Shown here piece after piece: positions 1 to 12,547 of a stretch of DNA of 64,000 nucleotides (positions within the stretch are counted from its first letter, which is position 1; each line of letters begins with the position of its first letter). The DNA comes from Eledone cirrhosa (lineage: Eukaryota). The position numbers and the translations under genes are program-made. A model generated the notes under the pieces. It saw nothing but the letters and a program-made list of their open reading frames with translations, was not told the DNA's origin and made no database searches. The stretch lies in assembly GCA_964016885.1 (NCBI GenBank), contig OZ024741.1, positions 334,490,001 to 334,554,000 on the forward strand. The letters run 5' to 3'.

Positions 1-279
1 GCAATTTTTCTCGTTGTTTGAGTAGACCATGCAACGTTTCAACTCTTCTTTCTTTTCTAATCTCTTAAATGGATCCTACTAACGAAAATGAAAAGAAAGG
101 AAAGGAGCTGATGATCAGATTGAATTAAATAAACTATACTTCTATTGGTCTCTTCATTGCTGAAATCATCTGCTGGTCAACATCTGATAGAAAAATGTAG
201 GATTCAAACTCAGAACACGCACACAGCCAGATCACTTACCATGAAGCATCCCTTTCTTTAAAAATTTAAAAATCCTGTT

Positions 280-745
280 TTATGTAAGCACCTTTGTTAA
301 GTAGTCTTCAAAACACCAGCTTAATCATGTGAAAGTTAGTTATATTACTAAATCTCTACAAATTTTGATTATTGTCAGAAGTATTTGAAAATTATATGAA
401 GCCTTTCACCATAATTATATGTTAGAATCTTTATTAAGTTATGTTCCAAACACCAACATATTAAATGAAGAAAATAATTATATTACTAAATCCTTCTAAA
501 TTCTCAATTATTTTCAAAATGCTTTGCAAACCATTAAAAATATAGTAATGAAAGGGTTAAAGTGTATATGTTTCCCTAAAAACCTTCCACCATAATTTTA
601 TGTAAGAACCTTTATTAAGTTCTCTTTTAAACACCAACATAATAGTTAGGAAATTAGTTATCTTACTAAATCCTTCTAAATTCTTGATTATTTTAAAATT
701 ACTGGCAATATCTTTTCATTAGAAATATGGCAAAGAAAGAGTTGG
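280..745 (+). repeat. Three degenerate tandem copies of the internal/3' part of the piggyBac-type MITE family seen at 6371-6623
   Basis: Repeated aaacacca(g/a)c.taat...agttatattactaaatcc motif; aaagggttaa end at ~551-560. Confidence 0.55.
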
Positions 746-1456
746 GAATCTAGAATATAAATTCAAGAGTAAATATTTAGAAAGAATAGCATATTCCTAA
801 CAAAGGAAAATTCTTTGGTTAGTTTTAGTTGGATATTAGAATTTGTTATTAGATATTTTGCAATGGAATGTATTACTTTAAAAAAATATTTTTTTTACAT
901 TTTTGTTTTTTTTTGTTTTTGTTTTCTTTAGAAAATGTGTTTTATTCTAGATTCTGAAAAATATTTCTCATCACTTGAGTAGACCAAGCAACATTTGAAC
1001 CACACTTTTCCTTCCATTTTTTTACTCCCTTTCCAATATCAAGTAGAAATGAAACATTTTGTAACAAAGTTTACCAAACAAGACTCTAAAATTAGTAAAA
1101 GTTTATCTGAAATCACTAGATCTAATCTTGTTTAATACATATGAAAATATTATCATTTAAAAAAATAAATAAATGAAAAAAAAAATTCCATTCTCACATG
1201 ATGATCTATTGAAATAACTGGATCAAGTAAACAGACAAGAGAAAGTAAATATCAACTTAATAGTTATGAACAAGAAAAAAAAAAAATTACAACTCACACC
1301 AATATTGGTTTAATTGGCCTCTTATGAGGTTATAATTCATAGGAGGTTTCTGAGATATGTTAATGATAGCGGGTCCCCACATTATCATGATGTTAGAGCT
1401 CACACCTATGCAATTTTAGCTGGGTCTCCTACAAGGTTGTATTTCATTGGAGATTT

Positions 1457-4099
1457 CATCATCATCATCACCGTTTTACGTCCGTTCTTCCACGCTAGCA
1501 TGGGTTAGACGGGTTGTCCTGTTGTGGGCAGTGTCTGGTCGGCTGACCATGCCTTGCTCATACAGGAACTGATCTGGCTTGATTTCTACAGCTGGATGCC
1601 CTTCCTAACACCAACCTCATTTACAGTGAGTGCTGGGTGCTTTTTCGTGGCGCCTACACGTCCACTTTACAGTGTGGGCTGGGTGCTTTTTTTGCCGTGG
1701 CACCTCCACGACCACCTTGCGGTGGGGGGGGGGGGGGCATATTGTTTATATGCTTCAGCATGTACCCATGGGAGGTCGGGTACCCTGTATTACTGCGTGA
1801 CGCCAGAAGTCACGGTCGTGTGTCATTGACTTTGAGAGGTGTAGTTGGGTAAGGTCGGCTTTTATCACCTCATCCCAAGTCATCTTGGGTCTCCCCACTC
1901 CGCGGTTTCCATCAACTTCTAGTGCTCTGCACCTTTTTATGCAGCTGTCATCCTTCATACGCATCACATGTCCATACCAGCGTAACCGCCTCTCCTGCAC
2001 GCAGCATTTGATTCCTCTTATGCTCAGTCTCTCTCTCAATTCATTTATGCTTTGTCGTTCACGTATATTACTGTTACACATCCATCGGAGCATGCAGGCT
2101 TCGTTTCTCTCTAATCTACGTAAGTCTTCCACCTTCAGCGCCCAGGTCTCACTACCATGCAACATCGCTGTTCGGATACACGCATCATACAGTCTGCCTT
2201 TCATTCTGAGGGAGAAGCCTTTTGCAGCTAGCAGTGGTAGTAGTTCCCTAAACTTCTTCCATCCCGTTCTTACCCTAGTTATTGTACTTTCTGAGCACCC
2301 ACCTCCGTTGCTAATTCGGTCACCTAGGTAGCAGAAGCTGTCTACTGTTTCTACAGGGCCCTCCCAGAGATTGGTGGTACTTGTTTCCTGTGGCTGTTTG
2401 CTTGCTGTTTCAGCACAGCTGCTGCATGTGAATCCTACATTCTTAATTAAGCTTCCTGAGATCCCGCTACATCTCTTGTGTACCCATTGTTTGCATTTGG
2501 GGCAAAGAATGGAGTTCCTACCTACACCTTTCCTACATACTGAGCAAGGCCATTTCCCTGAGGGGATCTGGGTTCTGTTTTCTCGTCTACTTATAAGGAC
2601 CTTAGTCTTTGTCATGTTGACTTTGAGGCCCTTTCTCTCTAGTCCCTGCTTCCAGGTTTGGAATTTATTCTCTAGTTCTACCATAGATTCAGCTATGAGT
2701 GCGAGGTCATCAGCATACAGGAGTTCCCATGGGCATCCGGTCTTAAACTCCTCCGTTATTGCCTGCAGGACTATGATGAACAGGAGAGGGCTAAGAACAG
2801 AGCCCTGGTGGACCCCAACCTGTACGCTAAATTCCTCGCTATACTCATTGCCAATCCTAACTTTGCTGACTGCTCCCCTATACATGGCTTGTACCGCTTT
2901 CACAAGCCATTCATCTACTCCTAGTTTTCTAAGAGCCCACCAGATTACTGCACGTGGAACTCTGTCAAAGGCTTTCTCAAGGTCGACAAATGCCAAGTAG
3001 AGTGGCTTACTTTTAGCTAGGTACTTTTCCTGTAATTGCCTCACAAGGAAGAGCGCATCAGTGGTGCCTTTCCCTGGAACAAACCCAAATTGCATCTCGT
3101 CTATATTCACCCGGTCCCTAATCAGCTGTGCTATAACTCTTTCTGTTACTTTCATGACCTGGTCCATCAACTTTATACCTCTATAGTTTCCTCTATCTAG
3201 TGCATCGCCTTTACCTTTGTAGCAGTTGACAATGATGCTACTGCACCAATCTTTTGGTATGGCCCCCTCTAGTATTACCTGGTTAACGATACGTGTGGTT
3301 ATAGTGTGACCTACAGACCCAGATGCCTTCAGCATCTCGGCAGCTATACCCGATGGACCGGTTGCCTTCCCTATCTTCATATCTCTGATTGCCTTACTTA
3401 CTACGCTGCCGCTGACTTGTACTGCTGGTCCCTCTATAGGGTCTACGTGGGGTAGGGTCTCTTCTTCCCATGCATTCTCCTCATTTAGTAATCTATCATA
3501 ATGACTCTTCCATGCATCTTTCTTCTCAGCACTTGTGAGGGCAAGCTCACCTTTATCATTCCGGATACACTTCTCTCCAATGACATCACAACTATCTCTG
3601 ACACACTGCCTCGCAATCTTGAATACCTCCTGTTTCTGGTCCTCACGTTGTAAAACATGCTTGAATTTTCTATCCTCTGCTTCCCTCCTAGCTAAGTATA
3701 CTTGTCGCCTAGCTTCCCTCTTGGTCTCTATGTAATGTACCCTGCTCCCCCCGTTCTTCCATTCTTTCCATGCCTGTCTCTTGGCCTTGACTGCTTCATC
3801 TACCTTATTGTTCCACCACCAAGTCACTCTCCTCCTGCTTGAGGTCTTACTCCAGCCACAAACCTCATCCGTCGCCTCTAGTAAGTTATTTTTTAGGAAC
3901 TCCCAGTTCTCTTCTACGTTAAATGTCTCTATCTGTTCTTCTTTACTGTCGTAGGCGTTGAGTAAAATATCTTTAAATCTGTTACTGGTTGAGGGGACTT
4001 TCAGCTTCCAGATCTTTCTTCTCCAGGTTGGCCTCTGTTTCAGGGCTCGTCTAGTTCTGACCGTGAGGTCGCTGACAACTAAGCTATGTTGGGATGTAC
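1457..4099 (-). mobile_element. RTE-clade LINE, subfamily A, 5'-truncated young copy with (ATG)n tail
   Basis: Minus-strand RT ORF, a 3' UTR containing gtgttaggaagggcatccagctgtagaaa, and a catcatcat tail at 1457-1469. It is inserted in a degenerate ~100-bp tandem repeat visible on both flanks (1310-1455 and 4100-4240). Confidence 0.93.
1755..4099 (-). CDS. RTE reverse transcriptase ORF (end of APE domain, RT, PHD-like C4HC3 finger, C-terminus)
   Basis: The 690-aa ORF 1755..3827 has NYRGI, QFGF, FVDLEKAFD, GVHQGSVLSP, LYADD and YLG motifs. By eye the frame stays open upstream to ~4099 (TSQHSLVV, end of the endonuclease domain). Confidence 0.9.
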
Positions 4100-5353
4100 A
4101 TTTATTGGGTATTTTAATGAAAAGGGCACAGTTCTATCATGATGTTACAGCTCTATGCAAGTTTAGCTGGGTCTCCTTCAAAGCTGTAGTTCATAGGAAG
4201 TTTCTTGAGTGTTTTAATGATTGGGGCCGCAATCCTATCATGAAAAGTAATATGAAAGGAAGTGTCTTGCTCATCACACAACATGCTTCCCAGTCCAGGA
4301 ATTGAACCCACAACCTTATGATTGTGAGTCCAATGGTCTTAATATTAGGTCCCATGCCTTCACAACTGAACCCTTTCACTACCTTATTTCTAATAAAATA
4401 CACTATATTTTAATTAATTATTGAAGAAATTGGAGGGATTTACAAAAATATTTTTTTATTAAGATTATATTTTTTAACATAACCAAAGGCTCTTCTAGAA
4501 AATTATGCTGGTAGGTTATAACTTAAATAGAAACCCTTTAAAGTAGTTAGTTTTATTCCATGAAACTAGAGGTGTTTTTTGGTATCGAAAGGGGACCTTT
4601 AAAGTAAGTACATTTGTTCCATAGAAACAGAGGTGATTTTGGTATCAAAAGGGACTCTTTAATGTAAGTACTTTTGATCCATAGAATCAGAGGTGGTTTG
4701 GGCAGGTTGGTGCGAAAAAGGCTAATAATTACTTCTGCTATGATTCAATTGTTTTATAAGTAAATTTAAGATGTTTTAGCGGATAAAATGGTTAGGTATT
4801 AAATTACCTGTTTATAGGTCAGGGGTTCAAATAATCTGTAAGCATTTTGTTGTCCTTTGAAAAAAAAACAACAAAGAAAAATATCTTTATTGCCTCAGTT
4901 TGCCTGGCCATTGGAAATAGTTGCCAAATTCTCCTCTTCTTCTTGAGACATGCCTTTTTAGAAGGTGAAGCATTCATCTAGCTTTTTTCTAATGGCTAGA
5001 ATATATGAAGCTCACCACACCTACATACTCATAGATTTCTCCATTAACTGGAGCAGTTGTGCCAACCTATTGTCGAATTAATAGTCGGTCATCTGCCACT
5101 GGTGTTCATGATGCCAAGATTATCAAATCAAAATGATGATTGTTGCATGAATTACTGTTTAATAATAGACAAGCAGAATTTTGATCGAGTCTTACTCCTC
5201 TAAATATGACTTGTTCTGTTAGACTATCCTATGATAGCTATATCAGAGGCATATCATGTTGGATGTAACTTTTCCACCATGCAGGTCGGTCTTTGAACTG
5301 AGAGGGCTAGGTGCTTAACTTGCCAAATTACCTGGGAATATTACTACTCATAA

Positions 5354-5760
5354 ATTGGCAGAATTGGTAGAGCATCATATAAAATACCATTGTGGTATTT
5401 GCTCTGGCTCTTTACATTCCGAGTTAAAATCCTGCTGAGATCACCTTTGCCTTTCATCTATCTGGGGTTGTTAAAATAAAATACCAGTCAAGTATTGGAA
5501 TTAATTTAATCAATTTTAACATCTACCTTGCCCCCAAATTAGCTGGCCTTGTGCCTAAATTAGAAATCAATATTTACATATCAATGAGGGTGGTGGATTA
5601 GTGAAATTGGTAAAGTGTCAGATAAAATCCTATTTGTAATATATATTCTGGCCTTTTATAGTCTGAGATCAAATACCACAGGGTTTAATTTTGCCTTTCA
5701 TTATTCTGGGGTCAATATCATAAAGTACAAGTCAAGTACTGGAGTTGATTTAATCAACTT
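5354..5760 (+). mobile_element. Two tandem tRNA-derived SINEs (MetaSINE-like core)
   Basis: A-box-like tggcagaattggtagagc, B-box-like gagttaaaatcc, core ttgcctttcat...ggggt...aaaataaa.taccag, tail gctggccttgtgcctaaattagaaa. Confidence 0.75.
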
Positions 5761-6370
5761 TGCCTACTTGCAATAGATTAGATTTTAAAAAATTCTTAAG
5801 GATTTAAGCAGAAGGGAAAAGACATGACCTTTTCAAGACTTCCAAGACTGGTGGGGGGAAGAAAGGGAGTTATCCTCATACCAGAGTCCTGGCTGAAATA
5901 CTTGCAACTGTGCACACTCTGGTAAGAGCCCAAACCTGACAACTGATTAAATCTACCACCCACCTAAATTACTGCAATCTACCATCCACCCAAATGCCTA
6001 CAACTGAGAGGATCTGCAAACTGAGCTGATACTGTTAAACATGGCAACAGATTAAATCTACAACCAAAGTACAGGAAAGTTTCCTCTGGCAGGCTTCAAC
6101 AGTTTCCATCAAACAAATTTTACTCCCAAGACATTATTGGTTAGCCTGAGACTGTTGTAAAAGACACTTGCTCAAGGTGGTGTGTCATGAAATTGAAACC
6201 CAAACCATATTTGTAAAATACATTTCTTTGCCACACTGTCCTGCATCCATTGGACCTCACAAATTTAACATTACCAGCTTATCAACCAAGCAACAAATAA
6301 TTTAAGGCCATTTTCCCTGATAAATCAGTCCCATGACAAATCTGATATTGACCTTGGAGTTCTTTTTTAA

Positions 6371-6623
6371 CCCTTTTGATACCAAAGTTCCTGAAACTGC
6401 ATCTGGTTCTATGATACAAAGTTATTTATTTTAAATTGTTTATATTTATCTATAACCCTTCCATCAGAATTTATGAAAGAACCATTGTTATGATGTCTCA
6501 ATTAACAGCTTAATAATGAGAAAGTTGGTTATATTAGTAAATCCCTCTAAATTCTGGATCATTTTCAAAATTATTTGAAAGCCTTAATCAAAGGTTTTCA
6601 TTAGAAATATAGTAACGATAGGG
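6371..6623. mobile_element. piggyBac-type MITE
   Basis: TTAA|CCC...GGG|TTAA termini (6367-6370, 6624-6627). Related copies lie at 22561-22945, 25598-25834, 36630-36805 and 59745-60412. Confidence 0.7.
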
Positions 6624-6779
6624 TTAAGCAATGTTTTACAGCTGGATTCCCTTCCTGATGCCAACCCTATTAGTCACCTCTGACAATACCATGAAATCCA
6701 AACTAAGGAAATAACCACAAATTCCTATAAGGAAATTTTAAATTTATATACACTACATTACAAACCTATTGTGTTCGGA

Positions 6780-7048
6780 TACCAGCCCAGGCTCTGCTGT
6801 CCAACAGACAAATGAGAGTAAACAGGCATTCTCTGATAGGTTTGTGGTCAAGCCTGTGGCAGTGGAGATTTCCGACATTCTTGGCCCCCAGACCACATCC
6901 CAACTCACTGCTATTGGGATGGAGTTGGTTAGTTACTTGCAAGTGTGAGTCCCATCAGGTGAAGTGGCTGTTCAAGTGCATCTCCCGCATCTTCCTCCGG
7001 GACAGTATCTTCTCCATCCTGACAGGTGGGGGCCACAAGGCAGATTGA
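6780..7048 (+). pseudogene. Relic C-terminus of a CRE-like (restriction-like endonuclease) non-LTR retrotransposon
   Basis: Across frameshifts it reads FVVKPVAVEISDILGP...TAIGMEL...WLFKCISRIFLRDSIFSIL, resembling the CRE C-terminal pattern F.P.AVET.G..G...IG..L...LFQRIS....RGN..SI. Confidence 0.5.
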
Positions 7049-7117
7049 TCCTTAACCTGCATTCAAAAATTTGAAGACACTTAAAGAAATGTTGTTGATG
7101 ACATTATTGTTGATATT

Positions 7118-7735
7118 GGTGGTGGAATGGCAGTGTCAGTAGAGTGCTGGACAATATAATTTGTGGCATAGAATTATGACCCTTTATGTCGTGAGTTCAA
7201 ATCCTGCCATGGTTGGCTTTGCCTTTCATCCATATGCAGTCCATAAAACAAAGTACCAGTAATAGACTGGGAGCAATTTAATCGATGTTCCCCTCCACCA
7301 AAATTGTTGACCTTGTGCCTAAATCAGAAACCATTATTGTTTATATTGGTGGTGCATTGGAAATATTATAAGAGACAACATGATTCGTGGCATAGAGTTA
7401 TGGCCATTTATGTTTTGAGTTCAAATCCCAATGAGGTTAGATTTGCCTTTCGTCCTTATGGGGCTGATAAAATGAAGTTCCAGGGGTTAATTTAATCGAC
7501 CTTCACTCCTCCATAATTGTTGGCCATGTGCCTAAATGAGACACCATTATTGTTATGGCAGTATCGAGAGAGGGTCAGACGCTATGCTTTACAGCATAGA
7601 GTTATGGCCCTTTACGGTCTGAGTACCAATGCCGCCGGGTTTAACTTTGCCTTTCATCCTTACGGGGTCGATAAAATAAAGTACCCGTAATGCACTGGGG
7701 TAATTGTTGGCCTTGTGCCAAAAATAGAAACAATT
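7118..7735 (+). mobile_element. Tandem array of three MetaSINE-like SINEs
   Basis: Three consecutive units with gagttcaaatcc B-box-like motif, gcctttcatcc core and ggccttgtgcc..aa.tagaaac tail. Confidence 0.8.
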
Positions 7736-8150
7736 CATCATCATCATTGTTTAATGACTATCTTCCATGCTAGGATGGGTTAGACGGGAATTATCCCATT
7801 TGAGGCAAGATTGATCGGGTGACCGTGTCTCGCTCATATAGGACTATCTGGCAGGTTTTCTATGGCTGGATGCCCTTCCTAACACCAACTACATTTACAG
7901 TGTGGACTGGGAGCCTTTTTACCGTGTTACCTACATGATCACTTTACAGTGTAGACTGGGTGCTTTTTGTTATGACACCTACATGAGCACATTAGTGTGC
8001 ACTGGATGTTCTGTGGTACCAACATAACTTTACAGAGAAAGGGTGGTGTGAGTGGCAGTGGGAGGATGGAGTATGGGTAGTGGGTTGGTTAAGAGGTTCC
8101 TACTGACTGTAGGTTTAACTTCGTACGTAAGGGCAGGTGGGTCTTCTGTA
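7736..8150 (-). mobile_element. Diverged RTE 3'-end fragment
   Basis: catcatcat tail followed by ctggatgcccttcctaacaccaac and similarity to the subfamily B 3' UTR. Confidence 0.75.
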
Positions 8151-8435
8151 TTAGTGCATTTAAAAACACAATCTACATTCATTAGGGGATAAGATACTCC
8201 TACTAATTTTGAAAATATTCCCCTCTATTCATAGGAAATAAAGAAATTAAACCTTTTGGAAAGACTATAATTTTATTTTACTTTATTGCCATGCAATTGA
8301 GGAAAATATTATTTTACGGTTAAGGTGATTGTTTAAGGAGTACAGGTTCATAGGTTCAAGTTTGATATTACAGACATTATAATAGTAAATCTACTACTAA
8401 AATAATGATAATAATAATAATAATAATAATAACAA

Positions 8436-8648
8436 TAATAATTGTTTCTCCTTTTGGCAATTATCCCAGTGCATTACTGGCACTTTATTCTATCGACCCC
8501 GTAAGGATGAAAGGCAAAGTTAACATTCGCGGGACTTGAACTCGCCAAGGTTAACTTTGCCTTTCATCCTTACAGGGTCGATAGAATAAAGTACCAGTAA
8601 TGCACTGGGATAATTGCCGGCATTGTGCCAAAAGTAGAAACAATTATT
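8436..8648. mobile_element. Fold-back pair of 5'-truncated MetaSINE-like halves (head-to-head)
   Basis: 8436-8524 is the reverse complement of 8550-8648 apart from an 11-nt deletion and a few mismatches. Both arms share the variant atagaataaag. Confidence 0.8.
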
Positions 8649-8888
8649 AATAAGAGTTGAAATTAATACATAGAAGATTTCACAACTCATCATTTCTTCA
8701 GAGTCAAGTTATGAACTTTCCGGCTGACCCTCGTACACTCATATATATATACACTAGCATAATAGCAATAAGAATAATTTCTTTATTAGCCACACAGGGC
8801 TCAAATTAAGGAAACATTAAAGACGGTACATGATAATATAGTGTGGGGTTTTATGTCAAATAATATTTATAACAGAGAATAATAATAA

Positions 8889-9065
8889 TGTTTCTATTTT
8901 TGGCACAAGACCAGCATTTACCCCAGTACATTACTGGTGCTTTATTTTATCGACCCTGTAAGGATGAAGGGCAAAGATAACATCAGCGGATTTGAAATCA
9001 GAACGTAAAGGGCCACAACTCTATGCTGAAAAGCATGGCGTCTGACGCTCTACTGATACTGCCAA
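8889..9065 (-). mobile_element. MetaSINE-like SINE
   Basis: Reverse-complement core tttatcgaccctgtaaggatgaagggc and head ctctactgatactgcca. Confidence 0.75.
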
Positions 9066-9346
9066 ATGTAGTAATAATATTAATAATAGTAATAATTTCT
9101 TTATTGGCCACAAGGGTCTACATATAGGGGACAATACAAAAAGACAGGGACAAACAGGGGCTACATTAAAATTGAGTAAAAGCAAATTAACAATATCAAT
9201 ATAGGATAATTTATCCCTTGAATATCTTAATATATATATATAATCAAACCTTACTATCCCAAGTATCAAGTAATCTGCTTAATAACGGTCTTATTACTTA
9301 AAACTGGTAAAATTCAAATCTCTCATTCTCTTTCTATATATATATG

Positions 9347-9643
9347 TCATCATCATCATCATCATCACCGTTTTACGTCCGTTCTTCCACGCTAGCATGG
9401 GTTAGACGGGTTATCCTGTTGTGGCCAGTGTCTGGTCGGCTGACCATGCCTTGCTCATACAGGAACTGATTTGGCTTGATTTCTACAGCTGGATGCCCTT
9501 CCTAACACCAACCTCATTTACAGTGAGTGCTGGGTGCTTTTTCGTAGCACCTACACATCTACTTTACAGTGTGGGCTGGGTGCTTTTTTGCCGGGGTACC
9601 TCCACGACCACCTTGCAGTGGGAGGGTTTGGGGGCATTTTGTC
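9347..9643 (-). mobile_element. RTE subfamily A 3' UTR fragment
   Basis: Near-identical to 1457-1750. Confidence 0.9.
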
Positions 9644-9659
9644 TATATATATATATATA

Positions 9660-9776
<117 letters not shown>

Positions 9777-9852
9777 CTATATGTATCTATATATATATGT
9801 ATATGTATATGTATATATATATATCTATATATATATATCTATATGTATCTAT

Positions 9853-9910
<58 letters not shown>

Positions 9911-9911
9911 G

Positions 9912-9957
<46 letters not shown>

Positions 9958-9988
9958 AGAATATTTTCGAAACAGCAAGCGGGTTTGA

Positions 9989-10236
9989 AATTATTATAAA
10001 TGTAAGCTATCGCCATATTTTGACTAAAGAAATTAAAGAAATTATTTAGCCTGATAGTGGGGTTAAGAACCCTCGGAGAAATGGAAAAAGATGAGTATTG
10101 ACGTACATGTATGTACATGTACGTCAATACTCATATTTTTCCATTTCTCCGAGGGTTCTTAACCCCACTATCAGGCTTAATAATTTCTTTAATTTCTTTA
10201 ATCAAAATACGGCGATAGCTTACATTTATAATAATT
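9989..10236. repeat. ~250-bp near-perfect palindrome embedded in (TA)n
   Basis: Centre gacgtacatgtatgtacatgtacgtc (10100-10125). The arms match out to 9989/10236 and the left side extends unpaired to ~9955. Confidence 0.93.
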
Positions 10237-10381
10237 ATATATATATATATGTATGTATATATATATATATATTTATATAAATATATATATAGTGGTAGAA
10301 CACTGGAAGGTAATATCCGTAGTGGTAGAGCATGGGACAAGTTAGGTAGAGGTGGTTACACAACAGTTAGTTTCACCATAC

Positions 10382-10419
10382 CGAGAACAATTGTTTCACC
10401 TTAGCGGTTCCTCATCTCG
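10382..10419 (-). ncRNA. Degenerate minimal hammerhead ribozyme (core C3>A)
   Basis: Minus strand: cgag-AUGAGGA-acc gcuaa ggu-GAAA-caauug-UU-cucg. Confidence 0.55.
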
Positions 10420-10450
10420 TAAAAAGGTGAACTAACTGTTGTGTAACCAC

Positions 10451-10494
<44 letters not shown>

Positions 10495-10554
10495 GTATGT
10501 ATTTATATATATAACTATATATATATATATATATATATATTCATATATAAATAA

Positions 10555-10589
<35 letters not shown>

Positions 10590-10671
10590 GCATATATATA
10601 TATACATATATACATACATATATATATATATACATATATACATACATATATATATATATATACATATATAC

Positions 10672-10702
<31 letters not shown>

Positions 10703-10743
10703 CATATATACATATATATATATATATGTATATATATATAGAC

Positions 10744-10782
<39 letters not shown>

Positions 10783-10819
10783 ATATATAATATCAAAAGA
10801 TGGTTAAATGAGTTCCATG

Positions 10820-10890
10820 TATTTTATTATGCGCATTTCAAAAACAAATATCATCATGCAATAACATCTGTGTTTTCATCAGATAAAATA
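10820..10890 (-). ncRNA. Minimal type I hammerhead ribozyme (mirror of 11010-11080)
   Basis: Reverse complement of the 11010-11080 motif. Confidence 0.82.
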
Positions 10891-11009
10891 GGAGGACATG
10901 ATATGAAGGTTAAAAACACTTGTGGATAGTGCAGTTTTAAATCAACATATCATGTTGACTTAAAACTGCACTATCCACAAGTGTTTTTAACCTTCATATC
11001 ATGTCCTCC

Positions 11010-11080
11010 TATTTTATCTGATGAAAACACAGATGTTATTGCATGATGATATTTGTTTTTGAAATGCGCATAATAAAATA
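11010..11080 (+). ncRNA. Minimal type I hammerhead ribozyme, PLE pLTR-type
   Basis: uauuuuau-CUGAUGA-[stem II cagauguuauu/gaugauauuug]-GAAA-ugcgca-UA-auaaaaua, with an 8-bp stem I and palindromic stem III AUGCGCAU. Confidence 0.85.
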
Positions 11081-11246
11081 CATGGAACTCATTTAACCAT
11101 CTTTTGATCTTATATATTATGTATACTCCAGTCCTACAAACTGAAGAGTGCTTCTTATCCGATATCTGCATTGCTTTATTGTACTACAATGACACTCACC
11201 TCCTACATTATATATGTATATATATATTTATTTATATATATATATT

Positions 11247-11279
<33 letters not shown>

Positions 11280-11503
11280 GTATATATATATATTTATATA
11301 TATATATATGTATATGTATATATATATATTTATATATATATATTTATATATATATATATGTATATATATATATTCATTAGTTAAGCAAAACAAGACGACA
11401 AATTTCACAAGGAAGACATTATTAAAAGATTGTCAACATATTTTAGTTTGATGTAAGGAATGTAGAAGATAATAATAATAATGATATTAATAATAATAAT
11501 GTC

Positions 11504-11623
11504 TTTTTACAATTGTTTTGCTACACCATATAATATTTCTGGATCAAATAATTATAGATAATTATTGATCTGGTTCAGTTGAAAATAATTAACATAGGTA
11601 AAAATAGAGCAGCTCATCGGAAA
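11504..11623 (-). ncRNA. Degenerate hammerhead with very long stem II
   Basis: Minus strand: uuu-CCGAUGA-gcugcucuau...augguguagc-AAAA-caauug-UA-aaa, with two core substitutions. Confidence 0.45.
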
Positions 11624-11864
11624 TTCAAAAGGAATATAAATTAAAATAAGGTAAGAATGTTACCTAAATGTAATGTTCCATATATTGGTATTTCAGTATG
11701 GTGTCCTGGGTATATCTATTGTCTGCCATAGTTGAGCAGTATTCTTCTGTCGAGGCTGCATCGTGTGAGATCTCCCTATGGGTAACATGTATATATATAA
11801 CATGTATATATGTATATATATATTTATATGTATATATATATATATATATATGTGTATATATATG

Positions 11865-11895
<31 letters not shown>

Positions 11896-12142
11896 GTATA
11901 TATATATGTATATATATGTATATATATATATGTATATATATATATGTATATATATATATGTATATATATATATATGTATATATATGTATATATATATATA
12001 TATGTATATATATATGTATATATATATATATACATATATATATACATATATATATATACATACATATATGTATATATATATATATGTATATATATATATA
12101 GATGTATATATATATGTATGTATAAATATTTATATATATATG

Positions 12143-12174
<32 letters not shown>

Positions 12175-12327
12175 TGAATATATAAATATATATATATGTT
12201 TATATATATGTATATATATATATATATATAGATGAATATATATATGCATTTCATTCTTTAGAAATCATCTGATGATTTCTAAAGAATGAAACAGTTCTAG
12301 TCCTGTAGAATCTCATCTATATATATG

Positions 12328-12358
<31 letters not shown>

Positions 12359-12547
12359 GTATATATATATGTATATAAATATATATACATATATATATAT
12401 GTATATATATATATATGTATATATATATATGTATATATATATATGTTTATATATATGTATATATGTATATATATATATATATCTATATATATATATGTAT
12501 ATATGTATTTATATATATATGTATATATATATATATGTATATGTATA

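Noticed and set aside
1885-3000. 148-aa and 209-aa plus-strand ORFs
   Set aside because: Antisense shadows of the RTE RT.
7118-7735. CRISPR-like repeat periodicity
   Set aside because: Tandem SINE copies in eukaryotic DNA; no repeat-spacer structure or cas genes.
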